A stretch of 64,000 nucleotides of DNA from an uncultured Chloroflexia bacterium (GTDB lineage: Bacteria; Chloroflexota; Anaerolineae; Anaerolineales; UBA4823): NCBI GenBank assembly GCA_963822175.1, contig CAWGGJ010000003.1, forward strand, positions 666,287 to 730,286, read 5' to 3'. The position numbers and the translations under genes are program-made. Shown here in pieces: positions 29,087 through 40,633 of the stretch (position 1 is its first letter; each line of letters starts with the position of its first letter). The notes under the pieces were generated by a model. It did not search any database. It was not told where the DNA came from and was given only the letters and a program-made list of their open reading frames with translations.

Positions 29087-30937
29087 TCAGGAAATAGACG
29101 CTTCCAATTCCCCCAGGGTACGTGCCAACGAACGAATTGCCCCACGGCGTGTGCGGTTAAAAGTCCCTTCCGAGATGTACAGCTTCTGCATGATATCGCG
29201 GTTGGAAGTCTCCTCCACGTAGGCCTCCTGCAGGATGAGGTAGGGATGCCATTCACTGGGGATTACCGTGGCAGGCTTTTTAGAATCTGGTTTGAGCTTC
29301 TCAATGCTCTCGAGCAGGATGGCATGCACTGCTTTGCCGCGCTCAAGATGAGTGTTCTTACCCGGTGGGAGATAGGATTGCACCAGCTTCATCCCAGCCA
29401 GTGGGTTATCTGCCAGCATGGAATAATCATTCAAGTGCCTGAGCGCTTCCTCAACATACTCGACTGATACGGAGGAGGGCATTTTCTTTACAGAAATTGT
29501 ATCAGTCTCCATCAGCCTGGTTATCTGAGCCAGGTATTGGGTATAGCGTTGTGATATCAGGATCGTCTCACTAATTTCGTCCGCAAATTCCAGTATCTGG
29601 TCAACATCCTCAGGAGCATAATGGATACCATTCATGGGTTGACCCAGCAATAACACCCCCATCTGGTCCACCTCGCCAAAGAGCGGCACCATCAGGGAAG
29701 CTTCATCCAGGGGTGGCGGCAGATGATCGTGCTCCAGGTTCAGGGTATCATCTGTGATCAATTTTGAAATTTCAAATTTATCGAGCGATGAAGTGAACTG
29801 GCAGGAAGCTACTTTCCGGCAGGTTTTATTCTCAATAACCAGGAGCACGCCATATGAGGCTTCCACCGCATTACAAAGAGTCTCCATGGGGTTGATCAAG
29901 CTTGCCTCAAGTGCTCCATTGGTACCCACGTTACGCCAAAGCTGCCTCAATTGAAGGCGGAGCTGTTGCGTTTCGCGGGTATAGAAAAACCGGTCGATGA
30001 GCCGATAGATGCCAGCCATGGAAAAATGTGTGATCACTGCCAAGGCAGGGAACACAGCCAGGATCGCCATGGGTGCATTGTACATCTTGATTAAAGCCAG
30101 GCTGAGTGGGATGTAAATTATAAGCACGATCGCCAGCATGAGCAAATTGTAGAGAAAGTCTTTCTTTATCGTACGTCCTTCCATTAACGCGCTATAGCGT
30201 GCCACGCTCCAGCCGATGATGCCCACAGATATTCCCGCTAATGAGGAGGTGACCAGGATAGGGATGGTCACCATGAAGTATGAAGCTGCGATGGACACAA
30301 ATCCACCCAGACCCGCCACCAGGGAAACCCCGGCTAACAACATGAGCTGTTTTCCAGCAATGCTCACGGGGGCACGGCGAGCTGCATAAACCAGGTTCCC
30401 CACACTGGTGAAGGTGATAATCACCAATGCAACTGCAAAGACTGGGTACCACGGCCCTGCATGCAGGCTGTTCAGAAAAAGTACGTTACCGCCCGTTTCT
30501 GTAAATAATATTTGTGCCTTCGCCTGTACAATCGTGGCGATGATGGCGACCAGGTACACCAGCACGATCCTCACCCAGCGCCATGTGGTGATTTTCTGTG
30601 GTAACAACAAGACAGTAACATGGTGCCACAATGCAAAAGCAGGGATGATCGACCATCCCTGCAGCCAATTGTTGTTAGTCCCCGCCAGCGTCTCCTGTGG
30701 CCAAAATGGAAAAAACCACTGCAACCAGGTCACATTGAGTGTGATAGCCGGGGGTGGATTGATTGCCAACAACACATTCAGGAACATGGCTCCCATGAAC
30801 CACAGCATCAGGGCAGTCAGCCAGGCAACGAGGTACCGTGGGCTGCGTGAAATCAGGTATAGCCCGAGCCAGATTGCCAATACCAGCGAGAGTAGATTAA
30901 TTGCAACAGTCGCGGCATATAAAAGGTACAAGTTCAC
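29087..30937 (-). CDS. polytopic membrane protein with a cytoplasmic sensor-like region and a C-terminal HTH (sigma-70 region 4-like)
   Basis: About 8 N-terminal TM helices. The C-terminus SNRDIMQKLYISEGTFNRTRRGAIRSLARTL looks like an HTH. Confidence 0.6.
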   Translation of the reverse strand: MNLYLLYAATVAINLLSLVLAIWLGLYLISRSPRYLVAWLTALMLWFMGAMFLNVLLAINPPPAITLNVTWLQWFFPFWPQETLAGTNNNWLQGWSIIPAFALWHHVTVLLLPQKITTWRWVRIVLVYLVAIIATIVQAKAQILFTETGGNVLFLNSLHAGPWYPVFAVALVIITFTSVGNLVYAARRAPVSIAGKQLMLLAGVSLVAGLGGFVSIAASYFMVTIPILVTSSLAGISVGIIGWSVARYSALMEGRTIKKDFLYNLLMLAIVLIIYIPLSLALIKMYNAPMAILAVFPALAVITHFSMAGIYRLIDRFFYTRETQQLRLQLRQLWRNVGTNGALEASLINPMETLCNAVEASYGVLLVIENKTCRKVASCQFTSSLDKFEISKLITDDTLNLEHDHLPPPLDEASLMVPLFGEVDQMGVLLLGQPMNGIHYAPEDVDQILEFADEISETILISQRYTQYLAQITRLMETDTISVKKMPSSVSVEYVEEALRHLNDYSMLADNPLAGMKLVQSYLPPGKNTHLERGKAVHAILLESIEKLKPDSKKPATVIPSEWHPYLILQEAYVEETSNRDIMQKLYISEGTFNRTRRGAIRSLARTLGELEASIS

Positions 30938-31256
30938 CCCTTCCCCTAATTAAAACACACTAGTGGCAGCCTATGTTATCGGTAAAAGTTGATGGGCATC
31001 CCATTCCATCACCAAAGTGGTAAAAATTGTCGATTTATTTGATTATCATTAGCGGATTGACAGATAAATTATACAACAATTTCAATGGAGGGCTGCTCAT
31101 TTTTTGATATTTTATTCACAATCGGATAAAACAGCCATTAACAAGCCTGTAAGGAGGAATACCGTTGACGGATCGCACCAACCGGATGGAATTGCTGGGT
31201 TTCGGGAGGAAGATCAATCCTCCCTCAACCCAACCTTGTATCTAGGATGAAATAAC

Positions 31257-31283
31257 AAAAAAACCGGGACCTCACGGTCCCGG
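31257..31283 (-). terminator. intrinsic terminator of clpC
   Basis: CCGGGACC-GUGA-GGUCCCGG followed by U7 on the minus strand. Confidence 0.75.
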
Positions 31284-31304
31284 CTAGGGATTATTTTAGT
31301 TCGT

Positions 31305-33803
31305 TTATGCCCCTTCAGCTGCAGGTTCTACCTCAGCTTCACGGCGCAGCACCACCTCATCCTCGCGGAAATCAACGATGATGATATCTCCGTCCGTGAA
31401 TGTGCCTGACAACAAGGCGTCCGACAGGACATCCTCCACCTTCTGCTGAATAACACGTTTGAGGGGACGGGCACCCATTTCAGGGTCATAGCCCAGCTCA
31501 GCCAGCTTATCCAGGGCAAGGGGGGTGGCAATCAGGGAGATATCGTGGTCTTTCAAGCGGTCAGCCACCTTATCCAACTCCAGCTTGACGATCTCCTGGA
31601 TATCTTCCTTGCTCAAGGCGCGGAAGACGATCACCGAATCAAGCCGGTTGATGAACTCGGGGCGGAAGACCCTTTTTAGAGAGTCCATCAGTTTTTTGCG
31701 CATTTCATCATAGGCGAGTTTCTCTTCGGTATCTTCGTCCTGTTTGAGAGAGAAACCCAGGGAGGTTTGCCGCTTGATCATATCGGCACCAATATTGGAG
31801 GTCATCACCACGATGGCGTTGCGGAAGTCCACCTTGCGCCCGCGGGCATCAGAGAGGTGCCCCTCTTCCATGATCTGCAGCAGCATGTTATGCGCTTCAG
31901 GGTGGGCCTTCTCCACCTCATCAAAGACGACGATCGAATAGGGTCGCCTGCGCAGCGCTTCAGTAAGCTGTCCGGCCTCATCATATCCTACGTAGCCAGG
32001 AGGTGCGCCTACCAACCGGCTGACGGTATGGCGCTCCATGAACTCCGACATATCCAGCTGGATGAGGGCGTCCTCACTGCCGAACATGAAGCGCGCCAGG
32101 GCTTTGGTCAGCTCCGTCTTGCCCACACCGGTGGGTCCCAGGAACATAAATGAGCCGATCGGGCGACGTGGGTCTTTCAGGCCAGCACGGGCACGGCGAA
32201 CCGCCTTGGAGATGGCCTGAATGGCTTCCTCCTGCCCGATGATGTGCTTCTCCAGGTCACTTTCCATCTGCAATAAGCGCTCCGATTCAGCCTGGGCGAT
32301 CTGCATGACCGGCACGCCGGTCCACATAGCTACCACTTCGGCAATGTCTTCCGAGGTGACCGTGGGACTGGTGGCACGATCCCAGCCGGTGCGCAGATAA
32401 TCTAACTGGCGTTCAAGCTCATCCATACGCTCCTGGACATCCTGGGCATCATCGGCGCGACCGTCTTCAAGGGCAAGGGCATGGTCCCTGCGCAAGCCCT
32501 TCAATTGGGTCATCAGATCTTTGGCTGTCTTGGCAGCCGGGCTCTTATACATGCGTACACGGGAGGAAGATTCATCGATCAGATCGATGGCCTTATCCGG
32601 CAGGAAGCGCTCGGTGACGTAGCGGGCGGAAAGGTGGGCGGCAGCATCCAGGGCTTCATCTGAAATGGTGAGGCGGTGATGCTCTTCATATGCTGTACGC
32701 ACCCCGCGCAGGATATCGATGGTCTCATCAATGGTAGGCTCATCCACCATGATGGGCTGGAAACGGCGCTCCAGGGCAGCATCACTTTCAATATACTTGC
32801 GGTACTCATCCATGGTGGTGGCGCCAATGACCTGCAGCTCGCCGCGTGACAGGGCAGGTTTAAGGATGTTGGCAGCATCCACCGATGAGCCAGCTGCACC
32901 TGCCCCGACGAGCATATGCACCTCATCGATGAACAGGATGGCACCTGAGGATTTCAGCTCGTCGATGACGCGTTTGAGACGCTCCTCGAACTGCCCGCGG
33001 TACATGGTGCCGGCGACCAGCGATCCCACATCCAGCTGCATGACACGCTTGTTCATCAGGGGAGCCGGGACATCATTATCCACGATGCGTTGGGCCAATC
33101 CTTCCACGATGGCAGTCTTGCCCACACCGGGCTCACCGATCAGGGCCGGGTTGTTCTTATTGCGACGGGCGAGGATCTGGATCACCCTTTCGATTTCCAT
33201 CTGCCGGCCGATCACCGGGTCAAGCTTGCTTTCTTCAGCAAGGCTGGTCAGGTCTGTGGCAAGCTGATCGACCATGGGTGTTTTTGCCTTGCTGCCTTCC
33301 TTCGAAGCCTGCTCGGTGGCACCCACCGCGGATCGATGGGCGGGTGTTTCAGCGGATGTTGAGCTGCTTTCATCCAAAACCCTGCGGGTCTGTCGCCGGA
33401 TCTGCTCAGCTGAGACGCCCATTTTCCGCAGCACATCCAAAGCCACCCCTTCACCAAGCTGCACCAGCCCGAGCAACAGGTGCTCGGTACCAATGTAGTG
33501 GTGCCCCATCTTACGGGCTTCCTCGACGGCATTTTCCAGGGCGCGCTGAACACCTGGCGAAAGGTCCAATTTTGCCGCAGTTGACTGCCCGGTACCAGTA
33601 ATACGGATGATCACTTCCTCCATCCGGGTAGCATCCAAACCAAGCTCGCGCAGCACCCTGCCAGCCACCCCACCTTCTTCTTTCATCAAGCCCAATAACA
33701 GATGCTCGGTGCCAATATAACTCTGGCGCATTCGCTCTGCTTCCTGGTGTGCCAGGCTGAGTACCCGCCTTGCTCGCTGTGTGAAACGTTCCATTCCAGC
33801 CAT
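31305..33803 (-). CDS. clpC: ATP-dependent Clp protease ATP-binding subunit ClpC
   Basis: N-terminal Clp repeats, two AAA+ modules ([16 protein letters not shown]), and a middle UVR-like region. Confidence 0.93.
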   Translation of the reverse strand: MAGMERFTQRARRVLSLAHQEAERMRQSYIGTEHLLLGLMKEEGGVAGRVLRELGLDATRMEEVIIRITGTGQSTAAKLDLSPGVQRALENAVEEARKMGHHYIGTEHLLLGLVQLGEGVALDVLRKMGVSAEQIRRQTRRVLDESSSTSAETPAHRSAVGATEQASKEGSKAKTPMVDQLATDLTSLAEESKLDPVIGRQMEIERVIQILARRNKNNPALIGEPGVGKTAIVEGLAQRIVDNDVPAPLMNKRVMQLDVGSLVAGTMYRGQFEERLKRVIDELKSSGAILFIDEVHMLVGAGAAGSSVDAANILKPALSRGELQVIGATTMDEYRKYIESDAALERRFQPIMVDEPTIDETIDILRGVRTAYEEHHRLTISDEALDAAAHLSARYVTERFLPDKAIDLIDESSSRVRMYKSPAAKTAKDLMTQLKGLRRDHALALEDGRADDAQDVQERMDELERQLDYLRTGWDRATSPTVTSEDIAEVVAMWTGVPVMQIAQAESERLLQMESDLEKHIIGQEEAIQAISKAVRRARAGLKDPRRPIGSFMFLGPTGVGKTELTKALARFMFGSEDALIQLDMSEFMERHTVSRLVGAPPGYVGYDEAGQLTEALRRRPYSIVVFDEVEKAHPEAHNMLLQIMEEGHLSDARGRKVDFRNAIVVMTSNIGADMIKRQTSLGFSLKQDEDTEEKLAYDEMRKKLMDSLKRVFRPEFINRLDSVIVFRALSKEDIQEIVKLELDKVADRLKDHDISLIATPLALDKLAELGYDPEMGARPLKRVIQQKVEDVLSDALLSGTFTDGDIIIVDFREDEVVLRREAEVEPAAEGA

Positions 33804-34092
33804 AACAATTACCTCACTGATTCTTCGATCAGGATATTTTTTATCCGATTGGAGATTTTACCAGAGTTTGCACCCCGCAAATGTATATATTATGTTAACG
33901 TCATCTAAGGATGGAATAAGTAATTATAGAGCTGAATGGCGATGCAATGACCCATGCATAGTAAAATTGGCGGTGATTAGACCGCCAATTTATTAGTTTC
34001 TGTCAGATCCTTACGGTTATTATAATATCCGGACGTGTCCTCTTAGCTGGCAACAGCCGTGGGTTCTTGCTCCAACTGCGTCGGGTGAAAAC

Positions 34093-35961
34093 TCAATAGT
34101 TGATCTTGCGTGGCAAGACCTTGGCTTGCTCAACCCAATCCTGCACCTGGCTGAGCACGGGCAGCTTGCGAACAAGCTTCTTTTCCTCGTTCACCGACTC
34201 CAACTTGGCAAACAGGTTATCCGGATTACGGGTGGATAACTCCACCACCGTGTCCACACCTGCCATCTCAAGCAGCTCAGCGTACTCGGAGCCGACGCCC
34301 TTGACGCGGAACAGATCGACCTGGTTTACCCACTTCAAAACCAGGGTATGGCTGATCCCGGAGGATTCAGCGATCTCTTGCCTGCCCTTGGGGTCAGCGC
34401 CCTTCTCCAGCAGGTCATCCAGGGTATTGATCCCGATCTCATTCAGCTTGGCAGCATAAACCGGGCCAACGCCTTCAATATACTCCAGGTTGGATCTGGA
34501 TTTCTCGATCTCCTGCGGAGCAGCGGGTTCAGCAGCAGCTTCTAGATCAACAATCTCTACTTTGAGGGACTCTGCAGATTCCACTGCCGGAGCTGGTTCT
34601 TCTACCACTACCTGGGCTGGTTCAACAACAGTCAACTCTTCAGCTGGTTCTTCTGCCACTGCCGGGGCTGGTTCTTCAACCGCCAGCTCTTCAGATGGTT
34701 CTTCTTCCTCTTCTGAAGTGTCTTCATGAACCAGGGTAACTCCCGGTTGACCGGAAAGCATCATCTCATAATCCATGTTGGCATAGGCCATCGAATCCAC
34801 TTTACGCAAAGATAGACCAATGCGCCTTCGTTCGGCATCCACTTTGATCACACGCAGCGTGACAACATCGCCCTCTTTGACCACTTCCTTGGGGTGGTTG
34901 ATGCGCTGGTCGCTTAGCTCAGAGATATGGATCAGACCTTCCAAATCTTCGTCCAGGCGAGCAAACGCCCCAAACTTGGTGAGATGAGTAATGGTGCCTT
35001 CCACAAGCTGGCCTTCCTTGAGGCTCGATGCTTTCACCAACCAGGGATCAGATTGCAGCTGGCGGATGGATAACCCAATGCGCTTGCGCTCCTGGTCCAC
35101 TGCGATCACCTTGACTTTTACTTCCTGTCCTACCTTTAACACCTCAGCAGGGTGCTCAATTCGCTCCCAGCTGATCTCGGAAAGATGTACCAATCCATCT
35201 GCCCCGTCGATGTTTACAAAGGCACCAAATTCCGCCAGGCTGGTGACTCGACCGGTCTTCACCGCGCCCTCCTGAAGCTCATCCAGGAGACGGTCCTTGA
35301 TGGTCTCACGGGTTTCCTGCAAGGCTGAGCGCTCAGAGAGGATCAAGCGATGGCGGGTGTGATCCACTTCAATGACCACCACCTTGATCGGCTCACCGAC
35401 CATCTTGCTCCAGCGTACATCGACTGATTCTTCACCTTCGGAGCGGCGCATCACGCTTACCTGTGAGGCTGGAACAAAGCCCCGCAGCATGCCGATGGGA
35501 ACGATAAGACCGCCCTTGTTATATCCGATCACTTTTGCATCAACTGCCGCACCGGATGCCTTTAAATTTTCAGCATCCAGCCAATCAGTTTCTTCGCGGG
35601 CGCGCATGTACGAGAGAATCAAATTACCACTGGGATCTTCCGGGTTGAGCACGTATACGGGTATCTCCTGGCCAACCTGGAAACCCTCCAATACCTCTGG
35701 TGGAATGGCTTCCTTTTCCTTCCCAGAAATCACTCCCTCTGATTTTGTCCCAACACTTACCAGGATTTCGTTATCCATGATGCTGGCAATGACCCCAGTG
35801 CGGATCTCGCCCTGCTTGGGAAAATCTATGTTTAAACCTTCTTCCTGCAGAAGCTTCTCCATTGACCCCGTGGCTGAGCTTGGACGTTCTTCTGGGTTTT
35901 TGGCGTTTATCTGTCCTTCTTGTGCTTCCTCCTGCCCGAGAGGGGCATTTGTCTGATCCAT
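34093..35961 (-). CDS. rpsA: 30S ribosomal protein S1 with a C-terminal acidic linker and a DUF4332-like helix-hairpin-helix extension
   Basis: Four S1 (OB) domains. These are followed by a Glu/Pro/Ala-rich linker and then IEGVGPVYAAKL...VKGVGSEYAELLEMAGV repeats. Confidence 0.9.
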   Translation of the reverse strand: MDQTNAPLGQEEAQEGQINAKNPEERPSSATGSMEKLLQEEGLNIDFPKQGEIRTGVIASIMDNEILVSVGTKSEGVISGKEKEAIPPEVLEGFQVGQEIPVYVLNPEDPSGNLILSYMRAREETDWLDAENLKASGAAVDAKVIGYNKGGLIVPIGMLRGFVPASQVSVMRRSEGEESVDVRWSKMVGEPIKVVVIEVDHTRHRLILSERSALQETRETIKDRLLDELQEGAVKTGRVTSLAEFGAFVNIDGADGLVHLSEISWERIEHPAEVLKVGQEVKVKVIAVDQERKRIGLSIRQLQSDPWLVKASSLKEGQLVEGTITHLTKFGAFARLDEDLEGLIHISELSDQRINHPKEVVKEGDVVTLRVIKVDAERRRIGLSLRKVDSMAYANMDYEMMLSGQPGVTLVHEDTSEEEEEPSEELAVEEPAPAVAEEPAEELTVVEPAQVVVEEPAPAVESAESLKVEIVDLEAAAEPAAPQEIEKSRSNLEYIEGVGPVYAAKLNEIGINTLDDLLEKGADPKGRQEIAESSGISHTLVLKWVNQVDLFRVKGVGSEYAELLEMAGVDTVVELSTRNPDNLFAKLESVNEEKKLVRKLPVLSQVQDWVEQAKVLPRKINY

Positions 35962-36088
35962 ATGTTTACTCCGGTTAAATTGAAATTCGAACTACCATTA
36001 TACACTAGTTTTTTTGTAGATTTCCACCTGAGCAAAGTTGACTAAACCACCTTGACGAAAGTCCAAAACTCGGCAACAATAGGCCATC

Positions 36089-36550
36089 ATGGACAGCTCA
36101 AACCCACCCGGGACATCCTCCCTGCGGCCAGCTACCCAGGCCGATGCCAGCACCATCAGGCAGATCATCCACGAAGCCGGGATCAACCCCATGGCCCTGG
36201 ATTGGCATCGTTTTACATTGGCGACAGACCCGGCGGGCAGAGCGATCGGCTGCGGGCAGATCAAGCCTCACAGAGATGGAACTTTCGAGCTGGCATCCAT
36301 CGCCGTAGTGCCTGAATGGCGCGGCAAGGGGATCGCCCGACAGATCATTGAACACCTGATCGAGCAGCATCCCGGCAGGCTCTACCTGACCTGCCAATCT
36401 CCGCTAGGTCCGCTGTATGAGAAGTTTGGTTTCCAACCTATCCAGCCAGGCGAAATGACCCCCTATTTCAAGCGCCTCAGCCGAATCGTCAGGTTGGTGA
36501 CAAGGCTATTTCATATGCATGAAAGCATGCTAGTGATGAGGAGAAATTAA
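36089..36550 (+). CDS. GNAT family N-acetyltransferase
   Basis: Acetyl-CoA binding pattern (V.PEWRGKGIARQII). Confidence 0.8.
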   Translation: MDSSNPPGTSSLRPATQADASTIRQIIHEAGINPMALDWHRFTLATDPAGRAIGCGQIKPHRDGTFELASIAVVPEWRGKGIARQIIEHLIEQHPGRLYLTCQSPLGPLYEKFGFQPIQPGEMTPYFKRLSRIVRLVTRLFHMHESMLVMRRN

Positions 36551-38178
36551 TCCTGACCGGGAAGTTTGCCAGAGACCTGGTTTCCTTTTGGGGGAATTTT
36601 GCTCATGGCATATTCCGCCAGGGCAGTGATGGTCAGGCTGGGGTTGACTCCCGGGTTACCCGGCATGACCGAACCATCCACAACATACAAACCGGGATAA
36701 TTATGCACCTGAAAATCCAGGTCGATCACACCTTCATCTGCATTGCGGCCTAATGGCACACCTCCCATCAGGTGGGCTGTGATGGGGAAGTTAAACAAGC
36801 TGTCCATGAGGGACGCGGCAGGGATCCCATTCATTTTTTGAGCAAATTTACGCGTAATGGTATTACTTATGGAGGGTGACCTGGGCAGCTGCCCACCCTC
36901 CCGGGTATAAAACATCATCCCTTTGCGGAACAGGGTGAATATATTGCGACCCATTCGCATGCGTAGAGCCTCCTCCACGGGCTGCATCATTAACAGGATG
37001 GTGGTGTAACGCGCCCAGCGTGAGAAGAACCTGGCATAGAGGAAATCAACTGGGTGGCGGATGCCTTCCCAGAGGGATTGCAAGATGCGGACGGCACTAC
37101 TGCCACCATCGACCAGAGGGGCAGTAATATTGCGGAGCAAGGATGAGCCATCCGAAAAACGAACCGGTTCTATATTCGTCACCCCATCCACACAAATAAT
37201 GGATGTGATGGAGACACCCTTTGAATAATCTATATTCTTCTCCCGGCTGGACGCCCCTTGTAGGTTTTCGCTGTTGGTGCGCACATTATCACCGAGGCGG
37301 CTGGATATGCGCGGCAGTGACCTGGATCGCTGGCGACAACGAAACAGCAGATCCAGGGTCGCAAGAGCCCCTGCAGCGACAATAACATTGCGAGCACGGA
37401 CGACGCTGCGCGGATGAATTAACCAGGAAGTAGTCTTTCGATATTCCACTTCGTAACGGGCACCATCCTCGCTCTGCATGGGTAAAGGACGGATATCCTT
37501 TACGCTGGCTTCAGGTAGAACCTGTACACCCAGCTTTTGGGCAAAGTACAGGTAATTTTTAGGCAGGGTGTTTTTGGCGTTATAGCGGCAGCCAACCATG
37601 CAGCCACCGCAGAAATTACAGCCCATTCGTTCCGGCCCGGCACCATTGAAATATGGATCCGGGACGGTTTCATTCTCTGCTCCGAAAAATACACCTACCT
37701 CAGTGGGGTGGAATGTGTCGGCTGCCTTGTGCTCCTCCGCAATTTCCCGCAGGATCTCATCAGCCTTCCCCAGGCGAGGGTTGGTTGTAACCCCCAGCAT
37801 ATGCTTGGCAGTATCGTAGTGTGGACGAAGCACTGACTTCCAATCTGCCAGGAGATGCCAGCTGGGTGCCTCAAAGAGACGGTCATCTGGCTCCAACAGA
37901 ACATTGGCATACATCAAACTACCCCCACCAACCCCACTCCCCCGCAGGGCCATGGCCCCATTTAAAAATATAATTTCCCAGGTGCCGAAGCAATGCAAAA
38001 AGGGAACCCAAAGCGAGCGCGGGAGGTTCCAATTTGTCTTTGGGAAATCACTGTCGTTAAAATTTTTTCCCCGCTCAAGGACCAGGACAGAATACCCTTT
38101 TTCAGCAAGGCGCATGGCAGAAACACTGCCTCCAAAACCGGAGCCAACGATGACAAAATCATATACCGTGGTACTCAT
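36547..38178 (-). CDS. GMC-family FAD-dependent oxidoreductase (cholesterol-oxidase-like)
   Basis: FVIVGSGFGGS dinucleotide fold and a GMC-type C-terminal region. ATG 38178 has GGAGA 10 nt upstream. Confidence 0.85.
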   Translation of the reverse strand: MSTTVYDFVIVGSGFGGSVSAMRLAEKGYSVLVLERGKNFNDSDFPKTNWNLPRSLWVPFLHCFGTWEIIFLNGAMALRGSGVGGGSLMYANVLLEPDDRLFEAPSWHLLADWKSVLRPHYDTAKHMLGVTTNPRLGKADEILREIAEEHKAADTFHPTEVGVFFGAENETVPDPYFNGAGPERMGCNFCGGCMVGCRYNAKNTLPKNYLYFAQKLGVQVLPEASVKDIRPLPMQSEDGARYEVEYRKTTSWLIHPRSVVRARNVIVAAGALATLDLLFRCRQRSRSLPRISSRLGDNVRTNSENLQGASSREKNIDYSKGVSITSIICVDGVTNIEPVRFSDGSSLLRNITAPLVDGGSSAVRILQSLWEGIRHPVDFLYARFFSRWARYTTILLMMQPVEEALRMRMGRNIFTLFRKGMMFYTREGGQLPRSPSISNTITRKFAQKMNGIPAASLMDSLFNFPITAHLMGGVPLGRNADEGVIDLDFQVHNYPGLYVVDGSVMPGNPGVNPSLTITALAEYAMSKIPPKGNQVSGKLPGQD

Positions 38179-38243
38179 GGTTATCATTCTCCCCGTAAAA
38201 ATATGTCCGGAATATTAATTCCCGCCACTCCCCACCTGGAGTG

Positions 38244-39089
38244 TTAATATTGATAGAAGCCTCTGCCCGATTTCCTGCCCAGGTACCCGGCGTCCACCAT
38301 CTTGCGCAACAACGGGCATGGGCGGTACTTATCATCCCCCAGGTCACGCTGCAGTACTTCCATGACGAACAGGACCACATCCAACCCGATCAGGTCGGCC
38401 AGTGCCAGCGGGCCCATGGGATGGTTCATCCCCAATTTCATCACGGTGTCAATCGCCTCGGGTGTGCCAATGCCTTCCTGCAATGCAAAAATGGCCTCGT
38501 TGACCATCGGGCAGAGGATGCGGTTGGAGATAAAGCCCGGCGAATCGTTGGCTTCCACCGGCTCCTTGCCCATCTTACGGCATACGTCCATCGTAATGCT
38601 GGTTGTCTCAGCGGAGGTGGCCAGGCCACGGATCACTTCCACCAGCTTCATTAACGGCACCGGGTTCATGAAGTGCATCCCGATCACATTCTCCGCATGG
38701 TGCGTGACTGCAGCGATCTTGGTGATGCTGATGGAGGAGGTGTTGGTCGCCAGGATCGCCCCAGGCCTGGCAAGCTGATCCAGGTCACGGAAGAGCTTGA
38801 GCTTCAGCTCGGGGTTTTCTGAGGCAGCTTCAATCACCAGGTCAGCAGATGCAACCGCTTCCAGGGTCGCTTCGGTCTTTATTTTCAGGGCAGCGTTTCT
38901 CTGCTCTTCGCTGATCAGCCCTTTTCCCACCAGCTTTTCAGTAGATTTAGCAATCGTCGCTTGGGCCCGTTCCACCTGCCCAGGGAGGACGTCCATGATG
39001 GTCACCTGGTAACCGGTGGTGGCTGCCACCTGGGCAATACCGTTCCCCATTGTCCCCGCCCCCACCACGAAAATCGAGCGAATGTCCAT
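38244..39089 (-). CDS. hbd: 3-hydroxybutyryl-CoA dehydrogenase
   Basis: [13 protein letters not shown] fold and 3-hydroxyacyl-CoA dehydrogenase core motifs. Confidence 0.9.
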   Translation of the reverse strand: MDIRSIFVVGAGTMGNGIAQVAATTGYQVTIMDVLPGQVERAQATIAKSTEKLVGKGLISEEQRNAALKIKTEATLEAVASADLVIEAASENPELKLKLFRDLDQLARPGAILATNTSSISITKIAAVTHHAENVIGMHFMNPVPLMKLVEVIRGLATSAETTSITMDVCRKMGKEPVEANDSPGFISNRILCPMVNEAIFALQEGIGTPEAIDTVMKLGMNHPMGPLALADLIGLDVVLFVMEVLQRDLGDDKYRPCPLLRKMVDAGYLGRKSGRGFYQY

Positions 39090-39327
39090 ACACTCCTCCT
39101 TAGTTTACTGCAATCATACTTTGAATCAGCATGCTAAATTAATGAGCTTGATGAAGATCGCTTAAACAATGTATGCCTCTCAACGACGGTTTGATAAATT
39201 ATTATCAGGCTGTAGGGGCGCAATATATTGTGCCCCTACATAACAAATGGTTCGCTAAATGGAATCTCTCAACCAGTGATACAGATGGCTCATCATAGCA
39301 ACTGTGATCGTCCTAATGAAATCAAAC

Positions 39328-40533
39328 TTACTCCACCTCGATGGCCATGGCGACGGCTTCGGAGCCGCCCAGGCATAACGAAGCAACTCCCTTGTGCAAA
39401 CCTCGGTCCTTGAGGGCGTAGATGAGGGTGGCTAACAAGCGGGCTCCACTGGCACCGATCGGGTGGCCGAGGGCAATGGCACCACCGTTCACGTTGACCT
39501 TGTCCCAATCCCAACCCTGGTCGGCCAGCTCGTAACCATTGGCAAGTGCCTGGGCGGCAAAGGCTTCATTGAGCTCGACCAGATCCACATCCGACAATTT
39601 CCAACCGACCTGTTTCAAAACCACCGGGATGGCCTTGGCAGGGGCGGCAAATAGATATTTCGGTTCCAGGGCAACATTCCCATATCCCAGGATATGAGCC
39701 AGGGGCTTCACACCCATCTGCTCGGCTTTGAGGCGGCTGGCAACGACCACTGCGGCTGCCCCATCATTCAAACCGGGGGCATTGCCCGCAGTCACTTTGC
39801 CATCCTTCTGGAATGCCGGGCGGAGGTTGGTCAGGCTTTCCAGGGAGGTATCGCGACGGGGTGTTTCGTCGGTATCCACCACGGTCACCTGCCCTTTACG
39901 ACCTTTTACCTCAACAGGCACAATCTCCTGCTTGAATTTTCCACCATCCATGGCAGCGATGGCTTTCATCTGACTCTGATAAGCAAACAGGTCCATGGCT
40001 TCACGGGTGACATTGTATTCCCGGGCAATGAACTCGGCTGCATCTCCCATGCCCCAATTCTCGAGCGAACACCACAGGCCATCCTTTAGCAAGGCGTCGG
40101 TGAGCTGCGCGTGCCCGAAGCGCAAGCTCCCGGTTCGTCCATCCACCAGGAACGGTGCCCGGCTCATGCTCTCCATACCCCCGGCAACAAACAACTCCCC
40201 ATCCCCTGCGCGGATCGCCTGGGCTGCCAGCATGACGGCTTTTAATGCCGAGCCGCATACCTTGTTGATGGTAAATGCCCCCACGGAGACGGGCATCCCG
40301 GCATGAATGGCTGCCTGCCGGGCGGGGTTTTGCCCCAATCCTGCAGAGACGACATTCCCCATGATCACTTCATTGATATCAGCAGGGTTGGGTACACCTG
40401 CCCTTTCCACCGCCGCCTTCACCACCCATGCCCCCAGGTCCACAGCGGTCAGGCTGTTGAAACCGCCCTGAAAACTCCCCGAAGGTGTGCGCACAGCACT
40501 CAAGATGACTGCCTGTGTATTCTTATCGCTCAT
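39328..40533 (-). CDS. acetyl-CoA C-acetyltransferase (thiolase II)
   Basis: Active-site [10 protein letters not shown] and C-terminal [19 protein letters not shown]. Confidence 0.92.
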   Translation of the reverse strand: MSDKNTQAVILSAVRTPSGSFQGGFNSLTAVDLGAWVVKAAVERAGVPNPADINEVIMGNVVSAGLGQNPARQAAIHAGMPVSVGAFTINKVCGSALKAVMLAAQAIRAGDGELFVAGGMESMSRAPFLVDGRTGSLRFGHAQLTDALLKDGLWCSLENWGMGDAAEFIAREYNVTREAMDLFAYQSQMKAIAAMDGGKFKQEIVPVEVKGRKGQVTVVDTDETPRRDTSLESLTNLRPAFQKDGKVTAGNAPGLNDGAAAVVVASRLKAEQMGVKPLAHILGYGNVALEPKYLFAAPAKAIPVVLKQVGWKLSDVDLVELNEAFAAQALANGYELADQGWDWDKVNVNGGAIALGHPIGASGARLLATLIYALKDRGLHKGVASLCLGGSEAVAMAIEVE

Positions 40534-40633
40534 GATCTTTTCTCCTGGAAATTTCGTATTTGGATGATGTTGAATGTGAATAAATTCAGCCGTGCCTCAC
40601 CTGCGACGGGTCATGCATGTCAATTTACCCGGG

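Noticed and set aside
31150-31245. 26-codon TTG-initiated ORF behind an AAGGAGG sequence in the clpC-downstream spacer.
   Set aside because: It is very short, uses a non-ATG start, and shows no conservation evidence. The sequence is dominated by a GGGAGGA..UCCUCCC hairpin.
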